From: a virus
Strand: one strand, 5' to 3'
Virus record (IMG/VR): IMGVR_UViG_3300030419_003599
Coordinates: 44,651-108,650 of that record
Length of the DNA: 64,000 bases
Below the pieces are notes generated by a model. It saw nothing but the letters and a program-made list of their open reading frames with translations, was not told the DNA's origin and did not search any database. The first letter of the stretch is position 1, and every line of letters begins with the position of its first letter. Shown in pieces: positions 1 through 15,000 of this stretch. The position numbers and the translations under genes were made by a program.

Positions 1-2
1 TT

Positions 3-3000
3 GTAGTTTCTAAAGCGGAAACATTTGAATTAAAAGTGGGGCAAGTGGGGGAGCCGGGGCCAGCGGTATTTACATTATTTATGAGTAATACAGAAGGCCC
101 GCAAATTATAGAATTAAGCACAGCATACCTAGATGCAACTCCACGATGGGTAGGAACTACATACCCTCGCCACGGGTCAGATTTACACGCTTCGTATAAT
201 AGTAATATTTCCGGTGTTAATGATGCTACTTCTCTCAATTTTTCTCATAGAGAATTATTGCATATAGTAGCCACCCTTCGTGGTAATATAATATCCTTAT
301 TCATTAATGGTTCTTTAGCGGTCCAAGAAGTATTACCGGAAAGCGGTTACCGAGTAAAAATGAGCCCCGGTGATTTTGAAATCGGCGGCACAGGCGGTGA
401 GTTCAGAGGGGCTATTGAAGCGATACATATCGCTAATTCTTTCAATTCCCAAATGTTAGTAGGACATGGGCCGATACCACTCCCTACTACACTAGGATTA
501 TGGAGATTTGAAGAACCGGCAGATGTCCATCCTACCATTTATCAAAGCGGGACTTTTAGTGCAGGTCCTAGTGTCAAGACAATTACAATAACCGCTGCTA
601 GCGCTCAATCTATTATTGAAGCAATAACTGGAAATACTTACAATTCTGCTAGCCCGTCTGTAGATTTAACGGCTTCTCCCTATTCTAATGGTAATTACAA
701 GGTAGTAGATTATGTTTCTAGCCCCGGCACTGGGAATACTATCGCTATACCCCATACTCCGTATAACATTATGTTCAATGCGGATGCAGTTAATCCTCTT
801 ACTAAGAAGCCTAACCAAAAGCCACCTGAACGCCTGCGCTTACTATCAGTAAATGGGGCAACAGGAGTGCTTGGGGTAGAGAGCATCCATCTTGATTTCA
901 CAATAGCGGGGGCGAGAAGAGGAGTACTTTGTGATAGAACTACCAATGTAGATGACCACTTTGTCCTTTTATCTGGAGATTTGTTGTTAGACTCAGGGAC
1001 AGGTAAGCCGTATCAACCTCCTCATTATGCTTCACAAGCCATTGACCGTACTGGACAAATGGTAATTGATGAAAGTGGTAACGATATGCATGGGCTCATC
1101 TATGCGTCTAGTATGGCTACTACAGCCAATACGACCGACAATCCGTTTGCAGCAGTATGGCCTGCTGCTCTTGATACCGGTTTCCAGATAGGGCATACTG
1201 GTCGCCACGCTCTTTCTGCGGTAGATGGGCACCATTACTTACGGCAACTCCCTCTTGCTAACGAAGAAATTGTACATCAAAGTATTGACGGAACCGCTGA
1301 TATTACTGAAATATATTATGATTCTAATTATAGAAATCTCAAAGACTCTTTACCTCCTAATAGTAGAGTAGATATTTTCCGTGATACTCTTAAATCCCAA
1401 GTCATGTATGTTCGCAATGAAGGCATAGCATTCCAAATGGTAGAAAACGGGATGGCAGGTATTGATGATGCTCAGCGTAAAATGTTGGCAATAGGAGGCT
1501 CTGGTACCCAAAACCATGCTACTACCAATGTATTTGATTACCAACCATTTCTACTCAAAAATCCGCTAGAAGGAGGGGTGAGCAATGATGATACTGCATT
1601 TAGGCGACATCATCTCCGACCAATTGAAACTAGCCGCGTAGCAATTCTTAGTGTACCTACACTAGGTACTACTCATAATCTCGCTCCTTTTGTAGAAATA
1701 CACTATAATGCAGTAGATGTAACCGGCGCTAGTGCTGGTCTCACAGTAGGTAATGTAGTTAGTGTAAGCATCACTAGTGGGGGAAGTGGTTATTCGGCAG
1801 GCACTGCCGCTACTACAGGTGGCACAGGCACAGGCTGCACAGTGACTTATACTGTTTCAGCAGGGGCAATTAATGCTGTCACGGCTATTGCCACTAAAGG
1901 GACTGATTATACTGTCGGAGATATATTGACTGTATCTGGTGGAGGGGGGAATGCCACCTTAACTGTCACTTCAGTAGGCGGTCCTTGTTTAATGGTAGAG
2001 AAAACCGTTCCTTCTGGCGAAGTTGTATTATCTACAGGGCCGACTGTTAGAGTATTAGATGTAATAGCGGCTGACCTCGCCGATGCAGCCAAAGATACTA
2101 CTCTTTATTCTCCCGGGGGCATTATCCGTCTTGACACAACTGAGGCCACTGGTAACTTCCCTGCTGGTGTTACTCTGGAAACTCTATTTGCAGCAGACCC
2201 TCATGAGGGTATTGACCATGAGGATATTTTAGATGAAAGTCTCAGTCCGGCTAACTATACCCCGCTACACTCAAGCGATTTACCTAATGCCAATCCTACA
2301 TCTGTTGATGCTGAGCATTCCCTTACCCAACAAGATGCTGTATTCAACCGATTAGTAATGAATAATAATAACGAAGACCTCATTGACCAATTAACTATTA
2401 CTGATAATTATTTCAAACGCAACCCGAGCACAGTTAATTCGGGCGTAGGCGCATACGATATTGGTAATGTTTCAGAATCTACTCATTTATTTGAGTCATA
2501 TGATATCATCGGCGCTTTCGCAGACAAAGGTAAACGGAAAGGGATTACCTTCCTTATCCATCCTACTAATAGAAGTAGAACAAATCAATTGAGTAAAGTG
2601 GCTTCAACTACTACTCATGCCCAAGAAACTAATACTGTTTCAGTACAATATCTAATGAGTCGCGCTCGCGCCCAATCTTTTTCCGATACAGATGGAGATG
2701 AAAGGCAATTCACACTAACTTGTGTGGGTCTTATGGGAGATGTCGCATCCAGAAGTATTGACCTTTTAGGTGCAGGAGCCCCTGATTCTCATATTGTCAA
2801 AGAAGTAATGCCCGGCGCTCCTGTTGTTAGCGTTACTCTCGGTGGAGTCGGTCAAGGGGCAGTTAATACTAAGCCGACTTTTGACCCTTCACCATTCACT
2901 AGATTGGGCTGGAATACTCGGCGCGATTGCGCTACGCAAATATCAGTAGTCGGTGCTGCTGGTGGTTCTACTGCTACCCTTACTGTGATACCACTCAATA

Positions 3001-6000
3001 ATGATGCCACTGACCTCGCTTCATGGGGCACCTATTGTTTCCCTAAAACAGGGAGAATATATCTTGAAAATGGAGGGAGTGCTGAATACCAAAGCAAGAC
3101 TGGTAGCACATTTGTAGTAGATGGGACAACGACTACTGGGACAAACAAGTTCCTTAACGGAGACGGTTCAGAAGCCGCTAATTATGCGGCATGGCTTTCG
3201 GCGAACACCATTATCGCAGGTACTCTCCTTTTAGTAGATGATAAGTTTGGAGATGACTCAACATGCAACGATGGTTCTACTATCAATGACCGTATGTTTC
3301 AACGAATGGATACAGTAAGTCACGATTATCAATTAGGTAGCCAATATGCTAGCACTCGCGCTCTCGCCGAAATACCTCTTTTCCCTCATTTGTTCTTTGA
3401 GGACAGAGAACGATGTATTACACCGGGGCCAGATAATTCTCTCAAATTGCATATAGACGCTACGCACACAGCCCACACTTGGGCTCCTAATCCTGTAGGC
3501 CGTAGATGCCCAGATAATCCGCCAACAGACCAAACTGTACATTCTGTATTTTCTTCCAATAAAGCACTAAAAGCATTGAGAAAAGGCACTCACATTACCC
3601 GCACTCTTCTGGATAATAGTGGTACATTAGAAATCTATGTAGAAGAACCAGAGATGTTTTTAGCCTCTACTACAACTGCTACTACTTTTGGTGGAACTCC
3701 TTTGGGGGTCCGATACTTTAGGGCTTTCCTCCAAAATGGAGAATGGATGATTTATACTACAGTAGATATGGTAAATAAAAAACTCACCATCCCCGCAAAC
3801 CTTCAACCAGCAGGCTTCTCTAAACATTTCAAAGACACTCACACGGTAGGAATGAGGCTTTTCCCCGCTCCCGGATTGTTTGATGAAAATGTCCCTGCTA
3901 TCCGTGACCACCCTAATATTCTAAGCGCTGCTTATGAACGCCGCCGCCCTTATTACTACGATAGAGCCAATGTACAGACTCAAGGGGGTAATATTGACTA
4001 TGGGTTAAGACAGTATGTATCTGCAGTTGAGTTTAGGGCGGGACCCCGTGAAAATCCACATCTCCCTAAAACTAAAACGAAGCGTGCCCGAGCGAAGGTA
4101 GTCTCTTGGGACTCTGGTAGCAATTTTTTATTCTTAGATAGCGCTTTAGAGTTCCCAGAAGCAGGTATTGCTTCAAAATATATGGTTGGGGGAGCCGCCC
4201 AATTTATGCACCGTATAGCCTATATTGAGGCGGGTGGGACTGAGCGAACTGCCCAATATCTCGGTAAGCAAGGCGGTAACCAATTACTCATTTATGCTCC
4301 TACTATAGGGGCTGGTTGGAATCCTTCCGCCGGAACAGAAGTTTTCGTTAAAGCGATAGAGAATGTCAGTGCTACCGCATATCCCCAAGAAATAGAAGGG
4401 CCACTGAATGCTTCTTGGGAACATCCTTACGCAGCCGGTGGATTACGAGATGGCGATACTATTTGGATGAATATGCATTACACTAATCCTCATGCTGTAG
4501 AAGGATTATTCTGCAAAAGTCGCGGCACTTTCAATGAAGCGAAAGTGAGTGCTCACTTTAACGGAGGGGAAGGGGCATTGGCTTCGCGCCCTAGAGATAG
4601 TATCCCGCTTGAGAACTTCCTCATTGGTAATGACTGTTTAGAAACGGCGCGCAATATGGCGCAGCATGTCAATAAAACGATAGAATTGAATTGGACTGAA
4701 CTTGGTCGCGATGACGCTGTCCCAGTCGTGGCTTTTGTAGACCCCTACCAAGCCACTGAAACTTTTGCTCGTGTTTTACTCTATGATGTAGCGCATGATA
4801 GAGAGTTTGTCGCTATGCAAGATATCCATATGCAAGTACAAAGTAGTCCTGCTACACCGAAAATAGGAACTGGCGCTTTACATGAAGACCCCGATGACAC
4901 AGGGAGTGGTTTTGATGGAATTGCTACTACAACAAACTACAGCACACAATTGGATGTAGCCGCTGGATTTGAAAGCGAAGATAAAACGCTACGCCCTAAT
5001 ACTCAATCTGATTTCATGGAAAGCGCTTTTACTCACAATTCAGTTTGGAATAGCCAATTGGCATTGGCGACAGCCACTGCCTCTCATATTGACCATGAGC
5101 ATCATACTCAAGACGCAGGTTGTTTAGGTGATGGGTCATTCCCTCGTACCGCCGAATCTGTTTGTTGCCCTTCACAGGCAGCGACTAGACATATAGATTC
5201 GCAAGCCCCCGCGAGTCCAATTAATGAATACGCCACTTTCTTTGATACCCCTGAAGGGACAAGAGCGATTCCTGCTTTCCTTTGCTTAAAGGGGATACGA
5301 AACCAAACACTTGATTTATCTAATCACAGGGAAAACCGACTTCAACATCTTCCTCATTGGACTCAAATGGATTTCGTGCGAAGGCTCACAATTGATTGCG
5401 GTGAAGTAGGAGTCAAAGAAGGTGTAACTGATATTGAGGCCGCCGCTAGAGAAATAGTTCGCCTCATCAATCAAGGAGGGGCGCTCAATGGGCGCACACA
5501 CGCCCGCAGACCGGCTGACCAATATCCGGGTGAAAGCGAAAGACTTGACCTCGCTACTATAGGCCCTAATCCTGACGCTGCCCATTCTGACCTTGACTCA
5601 TCTGCCCCACATTTATTTGCTGATTTCTCTGCTACTGGTAGTACTTTTGACCCAGCGCCATTCTGGGATGAAGAAAAATCGTTCTCATCATATGATAGAG
5701 GTACGCATATGGGATATATCCGTGCTCATATTGGCCGTGTAGTAGAAGATTCTGAAGGTAACGAAGGCTATACTGTCGTTATCCATAGCACAATACCCGG
5801 GGCGAGTGGTCGCAATTTCTGTGTATGGCTTGATAACGCTCGCGGTCAATCATCATACCGACCAGAGTTCCTTATCGGCCATGGAGGGCGCTTCCGCAAT
5901 TTCTGGTGTAAGCCCGATGAAGTGCTAATGGAGAATATGCATCCAGCGCCTATGCCTATCAATAAAGATGGGCGGCCATTCGCCCCAATAACTACTCTTA

Positions 6001-9000
6001 ATGAATACCTCCCTCCAGAAGAGCCTGAAGATGAGTTCCGCAATAATTTGAATTATGGTTTAATTTCAACAGCGGGAGACCCCGTAACTAATGCTAATAA
6101 TGAAGCAGTAATGGGACGAGTTCAAAATACTGTTTACCATGATTCGTTTGAAGGACAAAGCCCTGATTCAGTCCTTACCGAAGGTTTGCGTATGGGTACT
6201 CATTCCCATGCTCGCATCAATTTTGGTGGATTAGTGGCAACAGGTGTCCCCGGCTTTTCACCTGATGCAGGTCAATGGGGTATGGGTAAAAATGGTAACA
6301 CCCGCTATATACACACTTACGGCAAAAATATAGCAGCGGCTACTAGTGTCGCTTACACATCAGGTACTACTGGGTCACGCCATGTACCAGCAGCAGATGT
6401 GACTGATGATGCTATAGGTAGTACTAGTGAACTCTACGGTCTGCGTTTTACTGACCACATAGGGCGAACCCACACAATCCGGTTCATTTATTCACAATTT
6501 GGAGAACCATTCGTAAATGAAGATTCTTTATTACCCCCTACAATAGATAACGAAATCTGTATTTGGATAGATGACCGCGATTGTGCCCAAGGCGGTTTTA
6601 CAATTGGTAGGCATATGTGGGGAGCGGGAGAAGTATGCGGGCGTCTTACTGGAACTAGTGGTAATAATTGGGTAGGAAATGAGTGGAGAGGATATCCATC
6701 CCCTGCGTCTGGTATCCATGTAGCGACTGCCTCAGTATCAAGCACTGCTGTCACTATGACTTTTACTGAACCTTATCACACTGGCAGCAGTCTAACAAAC
6801 GGAGATATGTTAGGATATTTAGGATTCCCCGATTCAGGCGTTTTCCAATATAGTAATGGTAATACTCGCACAGATACTTTTTCCTATACTCACCGTACTC
6901 ATAATAGTGCATCGGGCACCCATACTTTTTACGGAGTATCTGGTGATACATCCCTTTTAGTTAATGATAGAGTCATCACTTCTCGCATTAATTGGACTAC
7001 CTTATTGACAGATGAAGTTTTAGCCGCTGCTGTAGATTTCGCCATTAATATGGAAAATCCTAATTCAGAAAGATTGGCAGAGACTTCTTTTGATTGTACT
7101 AATTTAAGGGCAGCAGATGGTAAAACTCTAGGTGAGTGGGGTGTATCACCTACCGCCATCCGCGTGCGCGCGCATAGCCGTAATCATGAGGTAATGCCTT
7201 TACGCTGTTTATTTGAAAGTACTCTCGGGAAAGATTGGGGGCTTAACGCCAGTAATCTTGATAGTGAATTAAGCGATGCCAATATCACTAATGGTAAGCG
7301 TTTTGCTACTGGTTATTTACCGAGCACTGTTCTACATATTACAACGCGTTATAGAGGGACAGGAGGGAATACTGCTACTCCTATTCTTGTAGATACAATG
7401 AATAATGCGGTAGATACAGAAATATGGAAAGAGAATCTTCGTGGCACTCGTTACTTGAGTGACCCCGGCGACCTCATTTTACCTAAAATTGAGAATGTCA
7501 CAATTGAGATTGACCAAGCCACCATTGATACAAGCGCCACTCCTCGCACAATGACGGTAGCAGCAGGGTTACAACTTTGGAGACTCTTAGTCCCTGCATC
7601 CAATGACACTGATTCTTGGAGTGAAAAGAAAAAGGTATGGCTTGATGACCAAGATTGGGCAGTAGTAGAAACTACTAACCGAGTACATGCTACTTTCCCC
7701 AGTAGAACTGAATTAGTATGGCCATCTACTAATGACGCTGCCATTTCTCCTGATTGGAATACTAAGATAGAGGCTTTTGATGCTGCTAATATCAATCCGG
7801 TATTATCCGCCTATGCTTTACCGGCAGAAGTATTGCAGTTTGATGGTTTGCGCCTTAAGGGTAGCGAATACGGAGAACCCTTAGTCTATTTCCGAGGAGG
7901 GAGAGATAGCCCAGACCACAGCGTCCCTGTCTATTTCGGTGGCGGGTTCAGCGGTGTAGTGCTTGATATTAATGATGGTACTGCTAATGATTATAGCGAC
8001 TTCTATACACATCCTTACGCCAAAGGCCCAACTGGTAGCGCGGGATTACAAAATATTGGAGAAAAATCTACTTCTTATTGTCTTCTTGACTGCGCTGCCA
8101 TCCTCGCTATGTTCCCCGGCACTCCATTCCTTGATGACCACAAAGGCAGCAATAACCCTCCCTATTTCAATCAGGATACTATACTCTCTCAAGATACTGA
8201 TGCAGGCAATAATGCTTCTGCTGCTTCCACAGGTATTACTTATGCTAGTGGAGGTAATACTGTTAATTGTACTAGACCTAGCCCTGTCATTCTCCGTTTT
8301 GGGCATCAGCACGCCCGCTATAGCCCCACAGGAGACGGAGGAGGGAAAACTACCTACATTATTTTCGGGCCGGGCCAAGCATTCCCTCATAACACAGCAA
8401 GTGTTCAGCCCCAACCTAGCGATATAGTTACTACAGGCAACGGTTGGAGCAGCGTCCCTGCACCGAATGTCTTTCTCCCTAATGAAATAAGTCACGGAGA
8501 TTCCACCAGTCGTAGCGGATTCAATGCTAATCTTCCCCCTACTAGGGAGTTCCAACGAGGTAATGTACAAGGCTGGAATTATGAAACTAATTGGGAACCT
8601 GCCCACGGTTCCCCTAATGTGATTTCCGCAGATAACAGCGCTGCCCCCGGGACAAAGTTTGGTTACGACCAAATGCCGCATAACGGATTATACTATGGCA
8701 GTCATTATCAAAATGTGGCTTCATGCACTCCTCCTCCCTATTCGCACCCATTTAATTACTCTCCTTCTTTAGCCAATGCGGCAATCCGCAGGGCTGGATA
8801 TATTTGGCATATGGATGGCGGTTATCATCCGGGAGGGCATTTCCTTGATAATCATATTCTCGCAAATCCATTACACCCTATTGATAATGCAAACATCCCT
8901 CATTCTACAGCGGGTAAAAAGCACCCTGCAGGTTATAGAATAGGTAGTCTATTGGCGTCTGCTTATGGTGCTACGACACAATACTCCACTGAAGAATATG

Positions 9001-12000
9001 TAATTATAGATGCTACCCGTGTTCAAAACGCAGAAGAGTTAGCAGCAGTTCTATCTTGTGGGATTAACGAATGGCCCGGTCGTGACCCCCTCAAGGCTTT
9101 GGGTGGCACTTTTTTGCCTTCTTTCCAAAGTGCAAAAAAGCAAGACCGTTATGGTTGGGTGACTTTTGACACTGTCGCTGATGGTTATGATGAAGCCTCT
9201 GGTTATATTGATGTAGTGAATCCTTATGGTGGAGGTTCTAGCACTATTCCCCCTATACCTAGATACGGTTGGATTAGAACTAATAAAGGAGGGGCAGGAG
9301 TTACAGGATATGGCGCTGGGGCAACTGCCACTTGCGCTCCCTATAATAATGTCACAGCGCCTTCTGCTGGTGTATTAAGATTCACTTTAGCGACCAATAG
9401 AAGCGGAGCAGCCCGATTGAATGAAACTATTGCCGATTCAGGTACTGACGCAAACGAAACGACAGTAAGAGGTAATGTCACTAAAGTATATGTGTGGTCT
9501 AAATCCAGTTGCCAATTATTCAATAATGGCAGAGTAACTGGTAGCATAATCTCTACTGCTACTAGCCAAGACCATATGTGTCGTGTGCATTTTAGTGGGA
9601 CAGTAGATGCAATTGACCGCACTCGCCCAGTAGGTGCTGTAGGATGGCATGGTGAACGCTATTCGTATTTCAACAGCCTTGTTCTTAACAATCCTAGTGA
9701 CGCATCTACCAATGTCTTTTCGGCTGGTTTAGGCGCTTGGCATCCGTATCTTGGATTCAGTCCTTATGGCTCTACTTCTACTTGCCAAGGGCCAGTACTA
9801 CCCAGTAAATATGATGAAAGTACAAGTTCTGTAATAGAGAACGATGGTTGCCCTCAAGGTCTATCTCCACGCCATTTAGTTGCTGTCACTTATGAATCAG
9901 AGATGGCTTTAGCAGCAAAAGCAGATAGAAATGGGACTAAAGCGGCAGGTGATTGGATTTACGGTAAACAAGGTAGAAGTGGCGCTAGTACTAATTTCGG
10001 TGGAACAATTACTGTGGCCGACCAAGTCTACAATCTTGACCGATATGTCGCTCCCGCGAATGGCGGGCCGAATGTTGAAGCGATGTTCGTTACAGGCCAA
10101 ACGCAACCAACAAATGGTAACGCTGTAGATACCACATCTTGGTGGCACACTCGCGTTACTGCAGCGGCTCACACTAGCCTATCCACACCATGTTCTGCTC
10201 CTACTGGTGACCTCTTTTGGGATGACTCCAAAATGAATAGTAACATAATGCATGCTGACCGCGATAGTCTAAGGACTGATTGCATTCAATTAAACAAGGT
10301 CGTATCGGTTACTATAATTAACGGTGGTTCAAATTATAATGCGACTGAAACTATTACTATGAGTAATCCTACTGGGGGGACTGCTTTACTTTTGACTATA
10401 TCTACTGTTAGCGGAGTAAAAGCAGTAACAGGTGTAACTGTGACTACTGCTGGCTCAGGCTACAAAGTAGGTGATACTCTTACTCAAACAGCCACAAGCG
10501 GGAGCGGTACTAATTTTACTTGCAGGGTAACTAGTGTTGGAGATGCAGACACAAGGCCGTGGGAATACTGGAAAAATAGAAGCGCTGGAAGAAACTTCAA
10601 TGTTGAACATGTAGTTTGGAAGCGAATGGATGGGGGTAATCTCACTATGCCTGCTTCTAACACACGAGGACTCGGTGGAGTACCGAGAACTACCCGTTTA
10701 TCTGCGGCTACTGGTTCTATCACTATTGTGGATAAAGGGGGCGGAGCGACAGATATTAATCACTTACATAATGCAGATGGGTTTGTACTCACCAATACTG
10801 TCGGTTTAGCCAAGGAATATGTGTTTGACAAAACTGGCACATGGGGAGCGACTGGTGCCTCCCATGCCAATGGTATTGTTATACAGGTCAATGGGATGTC
10901 TGCCGCAGCGGATGTGGCTAACCAAGTGAAAGCAGCGATATTAAGCGCTAATGGGCACAATGGCACAATCGCTGCCACTGTCGCTAGTAATGTAGTCAGC
11001 CTTGAGCAGCGCACACCGGGCACTGCCGGTAATGTTACGATAGACCCCGGTAGCACAGCGACCCCTAGTTATATCACATATTCAGGAATGAGCGGAGGAG
11101 GAGTTCATACTATGGGTGAAACAATTTATGGTAATTGTAGATTCTCATTTGAAACTACTAATGCTGCTATGTTCCCAATTATCCAAGCGCAAGAATTAGC
11201 CCATCCTCAATTGGCTGAACAACACCCAATAGAATTACGCAATATTCTTTCAATACCTAATGAAGAGATACAATTCCAAAGTGTCAATGTAGAAGATGAT
11301 ACTGGACAAATCCATATTCTGGAAGGTGGGTCACCTTTCGGTACAGTCATTCGTGATTTTGACCATATTGGTGATAGAGCCTCAGAGGGACTTTCCCCGT
11401 CTCTTGCTAATAGCGGTTTATCCCCGAATATGCGTATTCGCTTACCTAATGCCGATTCTATACCGGGTAATATCATAGTGCGCAGCGGGTTTGACCGCGT
11501 GCAATCTTATCAAAATGAGACCTTTGGGAGTGGAGGCATGATGCATCCAGCGCAACCCGCTCAAGGAGTGAAAGATACTTTCACCAATAATAATGCTCCC
11601 GGACCTAGAGCGTGGCCTACTTGGGAAAATAAAGGCTGGGAGCATATTTCCCAAGACGCAGAAAACATCCGAACAGGAGTTACTTCTGCTCCAGTAGGAG
11701 AAGGTACTCGTTTGGCTTTCCCTGACAGCCATAGTCAAGGATGGACTGACCATACGAATGATAATCCGTTAGAAACTGCTTATGAACAACATGACCGTAC
11801 TCTCTTTTTCCATGTTACTCGTATGGGTCACACTGGCTCTAGTAGAGAACCTGTAGTAATTTCATCAAGTAATACTATTTCTGACCCATTAACATACTCT
11901 TCATCGGATACTAATACTGTGACAGCAGGGTCTGCCCCTAACGATGCTGTTTGGAAAAATACAGGAGAACAGACTAGTGATGGTCGCTGGTTTGCTAGAG

Positions 12001-15000
12001 TGGAGGATGGTACTGGGTCTGGGGCCATTTTCTCTTATACTAACACTTCTGGTAGCACTTTCACTGGAGTTGTTTTTGACCCTGATTTCTCTACTTTCAT
12101 ATCTGGTAAAACTGGATTGACTATCCGCCCATCATGGTATATACCAGCAGGCTCCAATCGCTTCTTCGCTGCTCGTAGAATGAGAGACCATTCAGAGATG
12201 AGCGGCAATTCACCAGACATGAAGAGATGGGATTGGTCTGCGGCAGGGACTCCTCTCAATATGATAACTGCCCCAGAAATGACACCCATGCCTATACCTA
12301 GAATGGGTCATCACTATGTGACTCCTACCATGGCTGTAATGCCGGGTCATTTCGCCCATCCGTATTATGAGAGAACTTTCAGTAATCATTACGCATGCAG
12401 GTCTTCAGGTCATAGTCCTATAGACGAAAGTGGTACAGAATCAACCATTCCCGGCGCTAACCCATTAGTATGGTTTTCAACACCGACTAACGCTTTACGG
12501 CCTAGCGATATACATGGAGGGGCATTTACTCTTTTGACAGAAACTAAGGTCGCTTACGATGGATATGGTATTGCCGCATCTAAAGGCACTCCCGGAGCAG
12601 AAAATGCGACAGGGAGACATATTCTATATCTTGAACCGGCTGGTGCATATAGCCTCAAACCTAATTTCCCTGACCCAATGGAAGTGGGCGCTTACCAAAT
12701 TGTAATACAACCTAATCTGCATAAGCAACAGTTAGGAGGATTCCATAGAAATGGTGGAGCAGCCGCCTTACCCGATGGCTCTGTTGTAGAACTTACTGGG
12801 CAGCAAGTGAATCTTGTGGTAGGTCTTGATGAAGACTCTTCTAGCCCTATGGGTTGCGTTGGGCTTCTTTTAGCCGAAGCCACAATGGCCGATACTCGTG
12901 GTTGTGAGATATTCATCAATGAAGTAATGCTTGATTTTGAACCAGACCCCGGAAGCCAATTCGCTAATATCCCCCCGTTGGGTCTATACAACCCATTAGG
13001 GGTGAATGAAAATACAAGCCCCCCATTCAGTCGCCGTAGTCTACCCTATAGAGCGGGCACTTTTGATAGAGCGACTCCGGGTTACACTATTTCTGTCCCT
13101 TGGTGGAGTATATTGCATAAATCAGGGGCAACTCATGCTACATCTACCGGTTTCCGGCATTTGGAATGGCATAAACCAGATGACTATTATCAATTCTGTA
13201 GAGCAACTTACGGGTCTATAGGCTGTCAAATAACTTTGGCTGGTTATCCATCTATCTATTTGGATATCTATGAACCCCACCGAAGATTGCGTAGTTTGAA
13301 CCCTCATTGTGTAGTTCTCGCCGACTCCTCAAGTAGTAGCATTACAGTAGATAATAACGAATTATTCCCTGTAAAACCTTACTATGGTGAAGTGCTAGAA
13401 TATACAGATACTAGTGGGGTTAGACAAACAGCGAGTTATGTGAATAGAACTGGCACACTCGCTCATACAATCGCTTCAGGTCCTTCTTCATTTGAGACCG
13501 TCGCTGAAATCACAGCGGGCTTTTTCCCTATATCTGCGGGCACAATCCTGAAACTCTCTCGTGCTTACGATAACTTTGCTACGGGTGATGTTTTCAAGGA
13601 TTCAGGAACTAGCGCTATTACTCGTGTCTTACCTCAAACTTTGCATGGGAGTAGAGATACTAATAGCCTCCACCTAGGAGACGCATTCCTTTGTTTATGG
13701 CATCCTAATCTTGGTCGCCCTTACACATTCTATAGCGATACAGGGCGCACTTTCTATACTAACTCAGGTGCTATAGACGCGCCACAAGATAAGAAAGCAT
13801 TGAATCATGTACCTGAACACTTTGAAACAATCCATTATCATGACTTCCTCTATAGTATCAGCAAAGGGCCTTTCTTGTTTGACATGAAAGCAATGGATGC
13901 CGCTAACGATGGGACAGTTTATGATGCGACAGGAGTGACAGAGGCCGATACGATTGTTGCTGGCGGTTCTGGCTATACCGCAGGGACTGCTGCTACATCA
14001 GGGGGTAGCGGGACAGGTTGTACAGTTACTTACACTGTTAGTTCTGGTGCAGTAAATGGTATTACCGCTATTACCGTGGCAGGCACAGGTTATGTTGTAG
14101 GAGATGTACTCACTATAACAGGGGGCGGAGGAAATGCCACTATTAGAGTGGGCGCTCTAGGGGCATACCCCTCAACCAAACAACCTCAAGGAGATACATC
14201 ACGCCATTACGCTGGCTTTTGGCCCGGCGGAAGCCGTGGTGGCCCGGCTGCAAGTAGATTAGATGGTTATGGTTACATCAAAGCAGGATGGGGAGATAAT
14301 GACTACGGTATGGATTGCATACCATATGCTATACACGGTAGCGGTTCTGCTAGCGGTTTAGCCCGTACTGCTTATGGTTCTTTGAGCGATGTCCATATCC
14401 GTCAAACATGCTTTGGGTATAGATTTGCTGTCCGCCCTCCATACAACAGACCCCGCTGGTCACCAAGTGTGCGCGGTATTGACGAAGCCGCTGGTAGTGC
14501 TGCCGCTGCCCAACTTCTATCTGGGTATTACCATGGTCCTTTCGTCGCTCAAGATGATAGAGCGCAAGGGTCAGGTGGTTGGAAGGAGAATGCCAACGCC
14601 GCTTTATCTACAGCCGATGTAGCATGGTCTGCCACCGCCACCGGCATTCTTGAGCGCCAAACTCAAGCCAGCGCTATGCTCGGCAACGACCAAGTTATGC
14701 GACAAGTGCGTTATAGTCATGGTCGTAGGATTACTCGTTCTTTTGGGTGCCCTGTAAGAACAATTAGAAATGGCGCCACTATGAGAAAGAAGTTCCCCGG
14801 AGATGATTTCGCTCTCGGTAAAGATGAACTTGCAGAGGCTCATCGTTTCTATCTAATTGACTGGTGGGGTAATACTCGCGGTGAGGATGTTCGCCGATTC
14901 CCAGCCCGAGGATTCGGTATCCGTCCTGCTTGGGACCCCGAAGATGCGTATCTTGATGGAGGATACGCAAATGAGCCGGGGGCACAAGGGCTATGGCACG